Source: an uncultured Fibrobacterota bacterium (lineage in GTDB: Bacteria; Fibrobacterota; Chitinivibrionia; Chitinivibrionales; FEN-1185). From it: a DNA stretch of 64,000 bases. Shown piece by piece: positions 49,121-58,673 of this stretch. Under the pieces are notes generated by a model. That model ran no database searches. It was not told the DNA's origin and was given only the letters and a program-made list of their open reading frames with translations. Location of the stretch: positions 96,001-160,000 of the forward strand of contig CAVWBU010000049.1 in assembly GCA_963753345.1 (NCBI GenBank). Direction: 5' to 3'. Made by a program: the position numbers and the translations under genes. Numbering within the stretch: position 1 is the first letter of the stretch; each line of letters starts with the position of its first letter.

Positions 49121-49190
49121 TTGACTTTCTTGGACCTATCTAGTATTGTATAGGTGAGAATAGGCTTAATTAGGGTGAAAAAGGGGCAAC
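49121..49190 (+). promoter_or_regulatory. mra promoter and probable MraZ operator repeats
   Basis: TTGACT-17 nt-TATTGT, then TAGG/TAGG/TAGG/AAGG at exact 10-nt period (49151, 49161, 49171, 49181). Confidence 0.65.
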
Positions 49191-49193
49191 ACA

Positions 49194-49655
49194 ATGTCTC
49201 GATTCCGCGGCCGATTCGATCTCTGTCTTGACAATCAGGGCAGGATCAATGTTCCCGCAAAGTTCCGAAAAGCATTGGATCCTGAAGCTTCGGAAACACT
49301 CGTCATATGCAGAGCGCCGGCCGGATGTCTTCGCGCGTATGCGCAAAACATGTGGAACAAGTATGAAGATGAGATCGCGCATTGGCCTCAGACGGCGGAG
49401 GCGTTGCGGCACAAAACGCTCCTGTATTCAACGCTGTACGAAACCGTGCTTGACGCGCAGGGAAGGATAACGCTGCCGTCTTTACAGATAAGCATAGCCG
49501 GGATCGTGAAGAACGTCACCCTTATCGGACAATACGGCTTCTTTGAGATCTGGGACACCGACCGTCTCGGCACCTACCTCGGAAAGCAGGACGACTTCGA
49601 CGAAGTGTTTTTCAAGTCGGTCGCGTCCGCGTCGGGGAACGTTGAGCGCCGATGA
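49194..49655 (+). CDS. mraZ: Division/cell wall cluster regulator MraZ
   Basis: FRG.F...LD.QGRI.VPAKFR, LDAQGRI.LP, FEIWD. Confidence 0.93.
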   Translation: MSRFRGRFDLCLDNQGRINVPAKFRKALDPEASETLVICRAPAGCLRAYAQNMWNKYEDEIAHWPQTAEALRHKTLLYSTLYETVLDAQGRITLPSLQISIAGIVKNVTLIGQYGFFEIWDTDRLGTYLGKQDDFDEVFFKSVASASGNVERR

Positions 49656-50589
49656 CGTCTATCATGTCCCCGTGCTCCTGGCAGAGAGCATGGAGGCCCT
49701 TGCCGTAAAGCCCGACGGCACGTACCTCGACGCGACGGCGGGGGGCGGCGGACACCTGAGAGAAATACTGGCAAGACTTGATAAAAAAGGAACTGCAATC
49801 GGTATCGACCGGGACCCGGACGCAATCGCATGGCTCGGCGCGCACAGCGCGCACAGGGAACACGGTGCAGCGGCCCTTATTCTGGAACAATGCCCTTTTT
49901 CGCGATTCGACACGGTTCTGTCACATCACGGCATCGGCGCCGTCGACGGCATGCTGCTCGATCTTGGCGTGTCGTCGCATCAGATTGACACACAGGAACG
50001 CGGATTTTCGTACATGAAGCAATCCGACCTCGACATGCGCATGGATCCCGCCTCCGGCATGAGCGCCGCGGATTTCTGCGCGTCGGCGAGCGAGAAGGAA
50101 CTCGCGCGCGTTCTTGCCGACTTCGGGGAAATCACCAACCCGCTCCGCATGGCCCGCGCCATCAAGGGATGCGCACAGCGCCGTCCGCTCCGGACGTCGG
50201 GTGACCTGGTATACTGTCTGAGAAATGAATACGGCGTCTCGTTTCCGGTCAAGGTGATTGCAAAGGTGTTCCAGGCGCTGAGGATAGCCGTGAACGGCGA
50301 GCTTGACGAACTGGCCGCTTGCCTTGCCGCGGCACTATCAAAAGTCAAGCATGGCGGCAGGATCGTGGTAATTTCGTACCATTCGCTCGAAGACAGAATC
50401 GTCAAGAATTTTTTCCGCGACAATGAGCAGGGATGCGTGTGCCCGCCCGTGCTGAAAAAGTGCATGTGCGGCAGAAAAATATTGCTTAAGCGCCTAAACA
50501 AAAAAGTGATAATTCCGTCGGCGGCCGAGGTTGCACGCAACCCGCGCGCGCGTAGCGCGCGCCTGCGCGCCGCCGAGATGGTTGCTTAA
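49642..50589 (+). CDS. rsmH: 16S rRNA m4C1402 methyltransferase
   Basis: HVPVLL.E, DAT.GGGGH, DLGVSS.Q, RGFS, FQALRIAVN.EL, SYHSLEDRIVK. Confidence 0.96.
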   Translation: MSADDVYHVPVLLAESMEALAVKPDGTYLDATAGGGGHLREILARLDKKGTAIGIDRDPDAIAWLGAHSAHREHGAAALILEQCPFSRFDTVLSHHGIGAVDGMLLDLGVSSHQIDTQERGFSYMKQSDLDMRMDPASGMSAADFCASASEKELARVLADFGEITNPLRMARAIKGCAQRRPLRTSGDLVYCLRNEYGVSFPVKVIAKVFQALRIAVNGELDELAACLAAALSKVKHGGRIVVISYHSLEDRIVKNFFRDNEQGCVCPPVLKKCMCGRKILLKRLNKKVIIPSAAEVARNPRARSARLRAAEMVA

Positions 50590-50608
50590 CACAAGGGAAT
50601 TTTACGCC

Positions 50609-51028
50609 ATGAACAACCGCCCCGACAAAAAGGCTTCCGGGAAACACGGCGGCGCGCAGGCGGCCGCCCCGGTGCTGCGGCTGCGGGAACTTGCCGTTGG
50701 CGTCGCGATCATCGCGCTGCTCATCGCGTGGCCGCTGCTCATGGTGTCGAGGCAGATCTTCATCACTAACCTCTCGGTGCGGGAGAGCGCGCTCGCCGAC
50801 AGCCTTGCCGACGTCGGGCGGCAATGCGCGGCCCAGCGGCTTTACAACGAAAAGCTGTCGAGCACGGCGCGCATTGAGTCGATCATGCGCGAGCACCGCG
50901 GTCTCGAGTATCCGTCGGCCGCCCGGATCATCGTGCTGCGCGAGCCGAAAGAGAGCGCTCCCGGCGGGCGGGCGACACGGGATTTTATCGCGATTATCAA
51001 GAAACCTTTTGTCCGGGAGAAGGGGTAG
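50609..51028 (+). CDS. ftsL: FtsL-like cell division protein
   Basis: Position between rsmH and ftsI; TM helix plus coiled coil; LSSTARIE. Confidence 0.65.
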   Translation: MNNRPDKKASGKHGGAQAAAPVLRLRELAVGVAIIALLIAWPLLMVSRQIFITNLSVRESALADSLADVGRQCAAQRLYNEKLSSTARIESIMREHRGLEYPSAARIIVLREPKESAPGGRATRDFIAIIKKPFVREKG

Positions 51029-51033
51029 ACGCC

Positions 51034-53019
51034 ATGTTCAGGGCTCGGGCGTATTTCGTTGCCTGTCTGCTTGCTGCGCTCGGCCTGGGAATCGTTGCCC
51101 GGCTGTTTTACATCCAGATCGTGCACGGCAGTGAATATGCGCAGGAAAGCAGGAGACAGGCGCAGCAGCGCGTGTTGCTTTACGCGAAACGCGGCGACCT
51201 GCTCGACCGAAAGGGCCGTGTCCTGGCGACAACCGGGAGCCAGCTCACGCTCGACGCAACCCTGCTTGCGGCGCAGAACGGCCCCGAGCAGCCCGATTCG
51301 GCTGAGGGCCGGGTGCTGCTCCGGCGGGTGTATCCCTACGGCGATGCCGCGGGCGCGGTGCTCGGCTACGTGGGAAAAGACGGGTACGGCCTCGGCGGCG
51401 CGGAGTTCGTTTTTGACAAGTACCTTCGCGGCGAGAGCGGCTGGGCGATCGTGATGCGCGACGGCCGCAACCGCAGATACCCAACGCTCGACCTTCCGCG
51501 AAAGCAGCCCGAAACCGGCGGCAATGTGTACCTCACCATCGATATCGACGTCCAGAAGATCGCCGAGAACGTGATCCGGCAGACGGTGAATTCCCTGAAT
51601 GCAAAAGGCGCCATGTGCATCGTGATGGAGCCGGCAACGGGCAGGATCCTCGCCATGGTGAACGAGCCGGAGTTCAACCCCAACATGCCCGCACGGTACG
51701 CGCTCGACGCGCGGCTTAACAAGTGCATAGGGTACACCTACGAGCCGGGCTCCACCTTCAAGGCCGTGACCGCCGCCTGCGCCCTCCAGGAAGGCGTAAA
51801 AAAGGAAACGGACATCATCGATGGGAATCACGGCGTGTACGAAATCTTCGACGAGAAGATTCGCGACGAGAAGCCGTACGGAAAGCTGACGTTCTCCGAA
51901 GCGCTCAGCTATTCGAGCAACGTGTGCTTCGCCAAGGTGGCAAACGACATCGGCAACGAGCGGCTTTACAAATACGCACGCGATTTCGGGTTCGGCACCC
52001 GGTGCGGCATCATGCTGCCCGGCGAGGAAAGCGGCGTGGTGCATCCCATCGAGAAGTGGTCGGGTCGCACGCGCGTGACCATGGCGATAGGCCAGGAGGT
52101 GAGCGTGACCCTCCTCCAGATGTCGCTGCTCTTTGCAGCCGTTGCGGACGGCGGCGTCCTCGTGGAGCCGCGCATTCTGGAAGCGGTGCGTTCCCAAGAC
52201 GGCGCGGTTGTCGACAGCGGGGAATACCGGCCGCTGCGGCGGGTGATCGGGGAGGATGTGGCGAAGCGGCTGACGGCCATGCTGTGCGACGTGGTCCGCA
52301 GGGGAACGGGCGTCAAGGCGGCGATCAACGGCGTCACCGTCGCGGGAAAGACCGGCACGGCGCAGAAATTCGACAAGGAGACGGGGTCGTACTCAAACAC
52401 GCGCCAATGGTCATCGTTTATCGGATTCGCGCCGGCCGACCGGCCGCTTCTTTTGTGCGCTGTGGTCATCGACGAGCCGCTGCATGCGGAGATGGGCGGC
52501 GTTGCTGCGGCGCCCGCCTTCCAGAAAATAATGAGCCAGATCATTTCGCATCCTCAACTCGAGTTCGCGGAGAAAATCCTCGGAACGCCCGGCGTCGCAC
52601 TAGCGGCCATCCCGGCCGCCGGGACGGCGGTGCCCGAGTGCACCGGATTGCCTTCCGACAAGGCCGCTTCCCTGTTGACTTCAGAGAATATCCCGTTTGA
52701 AATCGTGGGCGGCGGAAAGGGCACTATTGCGTTTCAGGAACCACGGCCCCAAACTCCGCTCGGCGCTGGGCAGAAACTGATGCTGTATACCACGAATCCC
52801 GGCGTAACCGGACGCGCGGCCGACAACGTCGCCGTGCCCAATTGCACGGGCAAGGACCTGCGCGACGCCGTGAACGCCATGAACCTGAAGGGCCTTTCCC
52901 CCTATGTGATAGGCGCGGGCCTCGTGGCGAGACAGAGTCCTGCGGGAGGCAAATTCGTTCATCGTGCCGAGGCGTGCACGCTTGTGTGCTCGTTCGGCGA
53001 ACCGGCGAAGAAGCTGTAG
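51034..53019 (+). CDS. ftsI: Class B penicillin-binding protein with PASTA domains
   Basis: RG..LDRKG, RVYPYG, EPGSTFK, SSN, KTGTAQ. Confidence 0.93.
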   Translation: MFRARAYFVACLLAALGLGIVARLFYIQIVHGSEYAQESRRQAQQRVLLYAKRGDLLDRKGRVLATTGSQLTLDATLLAAQNGPEQPDSAEGRVLLRRVYPYGDAAGAVLGYVGKDGYGLGGAEFVFDKYLRGESGWAIVMRDGRNRRYPTLDLPRKQPETGGNVYLTIDIDVQKIAENVIRQTVNSLNAKGAMCIVMEPATGRILAMVNEPEFNPNMPARYALDARLNKCIGYTYEPGSTFKAVTAACALQEGVKKETDIIDGNHGVYEIFDEKIRDEKPYGKLTFSEALSYSSNVCFAKVANDIGNERLYKYARDFGFGTRCGIMLPGEESGVVHPIEKWSGRTRVTMAIGQEVSVTLLQMSLLFAAVADGGVLVEPRILEAVRSQDGAVVDSGEYRPLRRVIGEDVAKRLTAMLCDVVRRGTGVKAAINGVTVAGKTGTAQKFDKETGSYSNTRQWSSFIGFAPADRPLLLCAVVIDEPLHAEMGGVAAAPAFQKIMSQIISHPQLEFAEKILGTPGVALAAIPAAGTAVPECTGLPSDKAASLLTSENIPFEIVGGGKGTIAFQEPRPQTPLGAGQKLMLYTTNPGVTGRAADNVAVPNCTGKDLRDAVNAMNLKGLSPYVIGAGLVARQSPAGGKFVHRAEACTLVCSFGEPAKKL

Positions 53020-53040
53020 AAAACGCGAATCGGGGGATTT

Positions 53041-53265
53041 GTGGCAGACGACTTGAAGCGGTTCATGGAAGCGGAAATTTGCATGATGAAGCGTGACATA
53101 GGGTATTGCCGCGACAAGAGCTCGGAATATTTCACCAGAAAGGCAATCGAGTGGATCGAAAAAAACTCGGCCGGGTTCAGGGTGGAATGGGAGAGGAAGA
53201 AACGGATAGAAACGGCCAAAAAATGCGGCGTGCGGAGAAAAGCGGTTGTGTATGACGTGGAATGA
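53041..53265 (+). CDS. Small hypothetical protein inside the dcw cluster
   Basis: GGGGA RBS, GTG start; fills the ftsI-murE gap and overlaps the murE start. Confidence 0.6.
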   Translation: MADDLKRFMEAEICMMKRDIGYCRDKSSEYFTRKAIEWIEKNSAGFRVEWERKKRIETAKKCGVRRKAVVYDVE

Positions 53266-54730
53266 GCTGAAGATGCGGCTTGCGGTGAAATCAGCCGGGG
53301 GAGAGGCAAACCCCGCCATCGCCGACGTCACCGGTGATTCCCGGGCCGCGTCACCGGGCGCGTTGTTCGTGAGCATCCCGGGGTTCCGCGTGGACGGCGA
53401 CCGTTTCATCCGGAGCGCAATTGACAAAGGCGCATGCGCGGTGCTGTCCGAAAAGCCCCAGCCCTGGTGCCCCGTGCCCTGGGCGCAGATCGACAACACG
53501 AGAAAAACTCTCGGCATCGTGAGCAGAATGGTGTACGGAATAGATTTGTCGGACGTCACTATGACGGCCATCACCGGCACCAACGGCAAGACCACCACGG
53601 CGCATCTGTTCCGTTCGCTCTTGTCGCAGCAATACGATGCGAGCAGGGTGTGGATGTTCGGCACCATCAAGTATGTGGCTGCGGGCACTTCACAGGAAGC
53701 GCACAACACTACGCCTGAGGCGGCGGAAATTTTCCGCAAGATCCGGACCGCTTCCGAAAAGCCGAAGGCCGTGGTGATGGAAGTGTCGTCACATTCGCTT
53801 TCGCTCGACCGCGTGTCGGGCCTCGAGTTCGATTGCGCGGTCTTCACCAACCTCACGCAGGACCACCTTGACTTCCACGAAACCATGGAAAACTACTATC
53901 AGGCGAAGAAGCTATTGTTTGCGGGTTACCTCAAGGCAAACGGCGCAAGCGTGATAAACATCGACGATCCGTGGGGCGCGCGGCTGTCACAGGAGCTTGA
54001 TGGAACAAAAGTCGTCACCTTTGGAAAAAACGCGGCCGCCGATCTGCGCATCACGGGTTGGGAATGCTCGTGGGACCGGACCTCGGTGTCGCTTTCCGTG
54101 GCAGGCGCGCCGGTTTCGTATTCGTCGAAGCTGGCGGGGTTCTTCAACGTGTACAACATGACCGCCCTCGTTGCGGGCGCGCACGCGCTCGGCATGCCGC
54201 CGGACGCAATGCGGCGCTGCTTCGATGCGGTGGACACCGTGGCGGGCCGCATGGACCGGGTGCCGCTCGACGCGCCGTTTTCGGTGTTCGTGGACTACGC
54301 CCACACGCCAGACGCACTTGTCAATGTGCTCTCAACAGCCAAGGACCTCACCGCGGGAAGGCTCATCTGCGTGTTCGGGTGCGGCGGCGACCGCGACACA
54401 AAGAAGCGGCCCCTCATGGCGCAGGCGGTGGCCGAAAACGCCGACGAGGCCGTGGTGACCTCTGATAATCCGCGCAGCGAGGACCCTCACGCGATTCTGA
54501 GGGACGTGCTTGCCGGAATGCCGCTGGATTTTCCCCATACGGTGATCGCCGACCGCAGGGAGGCGATCCGCAAGGCGCTTAAGATCGCCAGGGCCGGTGA
54601 CTGCGTGGTGGTGGCGGGCAAGGGGCACGAGAGCTATCAGGAAGTGAAGGGCGTGCGTTATCATTTCGATGACAAAGAGGAAATCGTGAAAGCGTACAGG
54701 GAGATAAAGGCAGATGCAGTTAAGCGTTGA
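53252..54730 (+). CDS. murE: UDP-MurNAc-tripeptide synthetase (meso-DAP type)
   Basis: TGTNGKTT, MEVSSH, DYAHTPD, DNPR, AGKGHE. Confidence 0.96.
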   Translation: MTWNELKMRLAVKSAGGEANPAIADVTGDSRAASPGALFVSIPGFRVDGDRFIRSAIDKGACAVLSEKPQPWCPVPWAQIDNTRKTLGIVSRMVYGIDLSDVTMTAITGTNGKTTTAHLFRSLLSQQYDASRVWMFGTIKYVAAGTSQEAHNTTPEAAEIFRKIRTASEKPKAVVMEVSSHSLSLDRVSGLEFDCAVFTNLTQDHLDFHETMENYYQAKKLLFAGYLKANGASVINIDDPWGARLSQELDGTKVVTFGKNAAADLRITGWECSWDRTSVSLSVAGAPVSYSSKLAGFFNVYNMTALVAGAHALGMPPDAMRRCFDAVDTVAGRMDRVPLDAPFSVFVDYAHTPDALVNVLSTAKDLTAGRLICVFGCGGDRDTKKRPLMAQAVAENADEAVVTSDNPRSEDPHAILRDVLAGMPLDFPHTVIADRREAIRKALKIARAGDCVVVAGKGHESYQEVKGVRYHFDDKEEIVKAYREIKADAVKR

Positions 54731-57521
54731 ACAGAAAAATTCCGGCCTCACGCTCGGCGCTTTCGCCGCCTACAGCGGCGGCGAAACATCGCTGCCCGCT
54801 TCGGCGCTTGACCGGCCGCTCGGTCTCGTGTGGAATGATTCGAGAAAAGTGGGCCCTGGCGATGTGCTTGTTGCCATCGAAACCGAGACGGACGACGGTC
54901 ATAAGTACGTGAGCAAGGCATTTGACCAGGGAGCGGCTGCAGCGCTTGTTTCAAAAAAGAAAATCTCCATGATCCCCGAATCCGTCCGTGAAAAGCTGAT
55001 TATGGTTGCCGATCCCCTGAAGTCTCTTCAGAGGATCGCCTCGAAATACCGCGCGACCCTTTCCTGCGGCATGGTAGGGCTCACCGGAAGCTCGGGCAAG
55101 ACAACGGCGCGCTCTTTTATTTCGGCTGTCCTACGCAAATCACTTGACGTAAGCGAAACACAGGGGAACTGGAACAATCACATCGGCGTGCCGCTGTGCC
55201 TTTTGCGCTTTACGGGAAAGGAAAATGCCGGCGTGCTGGAGATGGGGGCAAACCATTCGCGCGAGATCCACACCCTGTCGAAAATGGTGAGGCCCGACAT
55301 CGGCATCATCATGAACATCGGGTACGCGCACATCGGGTATTTCGGATCGCTTGCAAACATCGCGAAGGCGAAATTCGAGATCGTTGACGGCATGAAAAGA
55401 AGCGGCACGCTCCTGCTCAACGGCGACGACCCGCTCCTGGTGAAGAAGGCGACAACGGTGAAGATGAACGTCGAGTTCTTCGGCACAGCGAAACGCTGCG
55501 CCGTGCGCGCCGAAAACGTGCGGCTCACCGGCGACGGGCGCACCGCGTTCGTTGTTGACGGAGAAGAATACAAGCTACCCATGCCCGGCAGGCACTTTGT
55601 GTATTCGGCGCTTGCGGCCATCGCCGTTGCGCGGCGGTTCAATGTTGACAAAGGCCGCATCAACGCGGCGTTTTCGGCGCTTGCACCCGGCCCCCTGCGC
55701 GGCACCATAGAGAAGAAAGCGGGCGCCACGTTCGTGGTCGATTGCTACAATGCGAACCCTTCGTCGATGAAGAGCGGCATCGAGCTTCTCGGCGAGGTCG
55801 CGGGAAAAAGTCCGAAAGTCGCCATTGTGGGCGACATGCTCGAACTTGGAAAATTTGCTCCGCGGCTTCATACTGCGCTCGGCAGGCATCTTGCCGCGGC
55901 GCGCGTCCGGCGCATTCTTGCGGTCGGCGAATATGCGTCGGCAGTTGCAAGGGGCGCGGCCGCGGGCGGCGTGGCCCGGAAAAACATCGTGACCGCGCCC
56001 GACAGTTCTTCCGCCGCGCCGATTGCGCAAAAAATGGTAAGGGCCGGCGACGTGGTCCTGCTCAAGGGGTCGCGCGGCGTCCATCTCGAAACCGTGTATG
56101 AGGGAATCGGCGCGGCCGAGAAAACCGCTGCGATTCCGAGGCCCGTTTCCTATCCAAGGTCGTACGTTCCGCGGCGCGCCTCCATTATCGGCGCGGCAAG
56201 GAGCGGCATCGGCGCGGCAAGATTCCTTAAAAGTAAAGGCACGGAGGTATTTGTGAGCGACACATGTACGGCGGAGAAACTTGACAGGGTGCTTGCCGAC
56301 GGCGGACTGACCGGCGTTGCCCGTGAAGCGGGCGTTCACACGGCGGCCGTGCTTGACGCCGACGTGATCGTGCTGTCGCCCGGCGTGCGGTCCGACCTGG
56401 CGGTGCTTGTGGAGGCCGGGCGCAGGGGCATTCCGGTGTGGTCCGAGGTGGAACTCGCCTACAGGTTTACGGGTGCGAAATTCCTTGCCGTCACCGGGTC
56501 AAGCGGGAAAAGCACGACCGTCAGCATGCTCGGCGCGGTCATGGCGGCGGCGGGAACACCGCATGCCATGGCGGGAAACATCGGGATTCCGCTGGTGGAG
56601 GTGATCGATTCCGTTCCCGCCGACGGTTTTGTGGTTGCCGAGATTTCAAGCTTTCAGCTCGAAACCATCGATCTGTTCAGGCCGCAGGCCGCCGCCGTGC
56701 TCAACTTCACCAAGAACCATCTCGACCGCTACGGCAGTGAAGAGGCCTACTACAACGCCAAGAAGGAAATCGCCAGGAACTTCACCTTTGACAACCATCT
56801 CGTGCTGAACAGCCGCGATCCCCGGCTCGTGGCATGGGCAAAGGAAATGAGCGCCAGAACCAATGTCGTCTTCTTCGGCGCGCAGGTAAGGGGCCGCGAC
56901 TGCGTGTGGCACCGCGACGGCGTCGTGTGGGCCACCATGAACGGCGCAACCCGCGCCGTTTTCGAAACCGCGGCCATGCATTTGAGCGGCCCGCACAATT
57001 ACGACAATGCCTGCGCCGCTGCCGCGCTTGCGATGGCGGCCGGCGTCGGCGACGAGGCGATTGCTCAGGGAGTGTGCGGGTTCAAGGGGCTTCCGCACCG
57101 CCTGCAATACGTTGACGAAATCGGCGGCGTGAAATTTTACGACGATTCCAAGGCGACGACGGCCGAGTCGGTGCTGTGCGCCGTCACCGCGTTCGCGAGA
57201 AACGTGCACCTCATCGCCGGCGGACGCGACAAGGGCTGCGACTTCTCTATCGTCAAGGACGCCATCCGCATGCGCTCGAAGGGCGTTTATCTTATCGGCG
57301 AGGCGGCCGCGAGAATCTCCCGCGAATGGGAAGGCCTGGCGCCGCAGGAGACATTCGATTCGCTGGAAACGGCCATGCGCGCGGCCCTGCGGAACGCGAA
57401 ACCCGGCGAGGTTGTGGTCCTGTCGCCCGGGTGTTCGAGTTTCGACATGTTCGAGAACTACGAAAAGCGCGGTGAGGCGTTCGCCGCAATCGTGCGCACG
57501 CTCAAGCAGGAGGCGCGGTGA
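54714..57521 (+). CDS. murF-murD: Fused MurF-MurD ligase
   Basis: MurF half (TGSSGKTT, NNHIGVP, DCYNANP.SM, GDMLELG, LKGSRG) is in frame with the MurD half (GAARSG, SPGV, EISSFQLE, HLDRY, DDSKAT, LSPGCSSFD). Confidence 0.88.
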   Translation: MQLSVEQKNSGLTLGAFAAYSGGETSLPASALDRPLGLVWNDSRKVGPGDVLVAIETETDDGHKYVSKAFDQGAAAALVSKKKISMIPESVREKLIMVADPLKSLQRIASKYRATLSCGMVGLTGSSGKTTARSFISAVLRKSLDVSETQGNWNNHIGVPLCLLRFTGKENAGVLEMGANHSREIHTLSKMVRPDIGIIMNIGYAHIGYFGSLANIAKAKFEIVDGMKRSGTLLLNGDDPLLVKKATTVKMNVEFFGTAKRCAVRAENVRLTGDGRTAFVVDGEEYKLPMPGRHFVYSALAAIAVARRFNVDKGRINAAFSALAPGPLRGTIEKKAGATFVVDCYNANPSSMKSGIELLGEVAGKSPKVAIVGDMLELGKFAPRLHTALGRHLAAARVRRILAVGEYASAVARGAAAGGVARKNIVTAPDSSSAAPIAQKMVRAGDVVLLKGSRGVHLETVYEGIGAAEKTAAIPRPVSYPRSYVPRRASIIGAARSGIGAARFLKSKGTEVFVSDTCTAEKLDRVLADGGLTGVAREAGVHTAAVLDADVIVLSPGVRSDLAVLVEAGRRGIPVWSEVELAYRFTGAKFLAVTGSSGKSTTVSMLGAVMAAAGTPHAMAGNIGIPLVEVIDSVPADGFVVAEISSFQLETIDLFRPQAAAVLNFTKNHLDRYGSEEAYYNAKKEIARNFTFDNHLVLNSRDPRLVAWAKEMSARTNVVFFGAQVRGRDCVWHRDGVVWATMNGATRAVFETAAMHLSGPHNYDNACAAAALAMAAGVGDEAIAQGVCGFKGLPHRLQYVDEIGGVKFYDDSKATTAESVLCAVTAFARNVHLIAGGRDKGCDFSIVKDAIRMRSKGVYLIGEAAARISREWEGLAPQETFDSLETAMRAALRNAKPGEVVVLSPGCSSFDMFENYEKRGEAFAAIVRTLKQEAR

Positions 57522-58672
57522 AAACGAAGCTGTCGCGCATCGACTTCGGGCTGCTCGCCGCCGTGCTCGTTATGGTCGGGGTGAGCATCGTGATGGTGTA
57601 CAGCGCGTCGTTCGCAGTCGCGCAGAGCAAGTACGGCGGCGCCGATTTCTTCCTGATGCGCCAGGCGGTGCGGGCCGGCCTCGCGCTCGGGTGCTTCATG
57701 GTGTTCATCAACGTGGATTACCACTTCTGGGGAAAACAGAGCGCCATCGCCTACGCGGCGGTCATCGTGATGCTGGTGTACGTGATGGTGGCGCCCGCTG
57801 CACGCGCTATTCACGGCGCGCGGCGGTGGATATCCCTCGGGTTCGTCCAGTTTCAGGTGTCGGAACTCGCGCTTCTGGTCCTCGTGGCGATGCTGGCGAC
57901 GCAGCTCGCGAACGACGGCGAGGAAGTGAAGGACGGCAAGAAGTTCATGGGATATCTTGTCAAGATTGGAATCGTGTGCGGGCTTATCGGCCTGGAACCG
58001 AATTTCTCCACGGCCGCGCTGGTGGGGTTTTTGGGGATCTGCCTCGTTTTCGCGGCGGGCGCGCGCCTGTCGCACCTCGCGTTGCTGTGCGGCGCTGCGG
58101 TGCCGCTGGCCGTTGTCGCCGCGTTCGGCGCAGGATACCGCAGGCACAGGATACTTGCGTTCCTTCACACATCGGACCACAGGGGAGACATCGGGTACCA
58201 GGCGTACCAAGCGCTTATCGGGCTGGGAAACGGCGGGCTGTTCGGCGTGGGCATAGGCCAGGGCGGCCAGAAGTACTTCTACCTGCCCGAGCCGCACACC
58301 GATTTCGTGTTCTCCATCCTCGGCGAGGAACTGGGCTTCGCGGGGGCGGTGATGGTTCTCCTGCTGTTCGCGTTTATTGTGTATTGCGGAATAAGAATCG
58401 CGCTGAACGCGCCCGACAAGATGGGACAGCTTATGGCGTTCGGGTTCACCTTTGTCCTGGCGATTTACGTATTGATACACGCGGCTGTCAACGTGGGCCT
58501 TGTCCCCACCACCGGCATACCGATGCCGTTTTTGAGCTACGGCGGCATGAGCCTTTTGTTCACCATGAGCAGCATGGGAATACTCCTCAATATTTCGAGC
58601 CAGGCGGGACAATCGTACCGGATGCCGGCGGTGAAACCGTATCGGCCGCTCCATGCCGCCGGGAGAGCGTAG
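57518..58672 (+). CDS. ftsW: SEDS peptidoglycan polymerase FtsW
   Basis: MVYSAS, GARRWI, Q.SE, YLPEPHTDF.F...GEELG, PFLSYGG.S. Confidence 0.95.
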   Translation: MKTKLSRIDFGLLAAVLVMVGVSIVMVYSASFAVAQSKYGGADFFLMRQAVRAGLALGCFMVFINVDYHFWGKQSAIAYAAVIVMLVYVMVAPAARAIHGARRWISLGFVQFQVSELALLVLVAMLATQLANDGEEVKDGKKFMGYLVKIGIVCGLIGLEPNFSTAALVGFLGICLVFAAGARLSHLALLCGAAVPLAVVAAFGAGYRRHRILAFLHTSDHRGDIGYQAYQALIGLGNGGLFGVGIGQGGQKYFYLPEPHTDFVFSILGEELGFAGAVMVLLLFAFIVYCGIRIALNAPDKMGQLMAFGFTFVLAIYVLIHAAVNVGLVPTTGIPMPFLSYGGMSLLFTMSSMGILLNISSQAGQSYRMPAVKPYRPLHAAGRA

Positions 58673-58673
58673 C

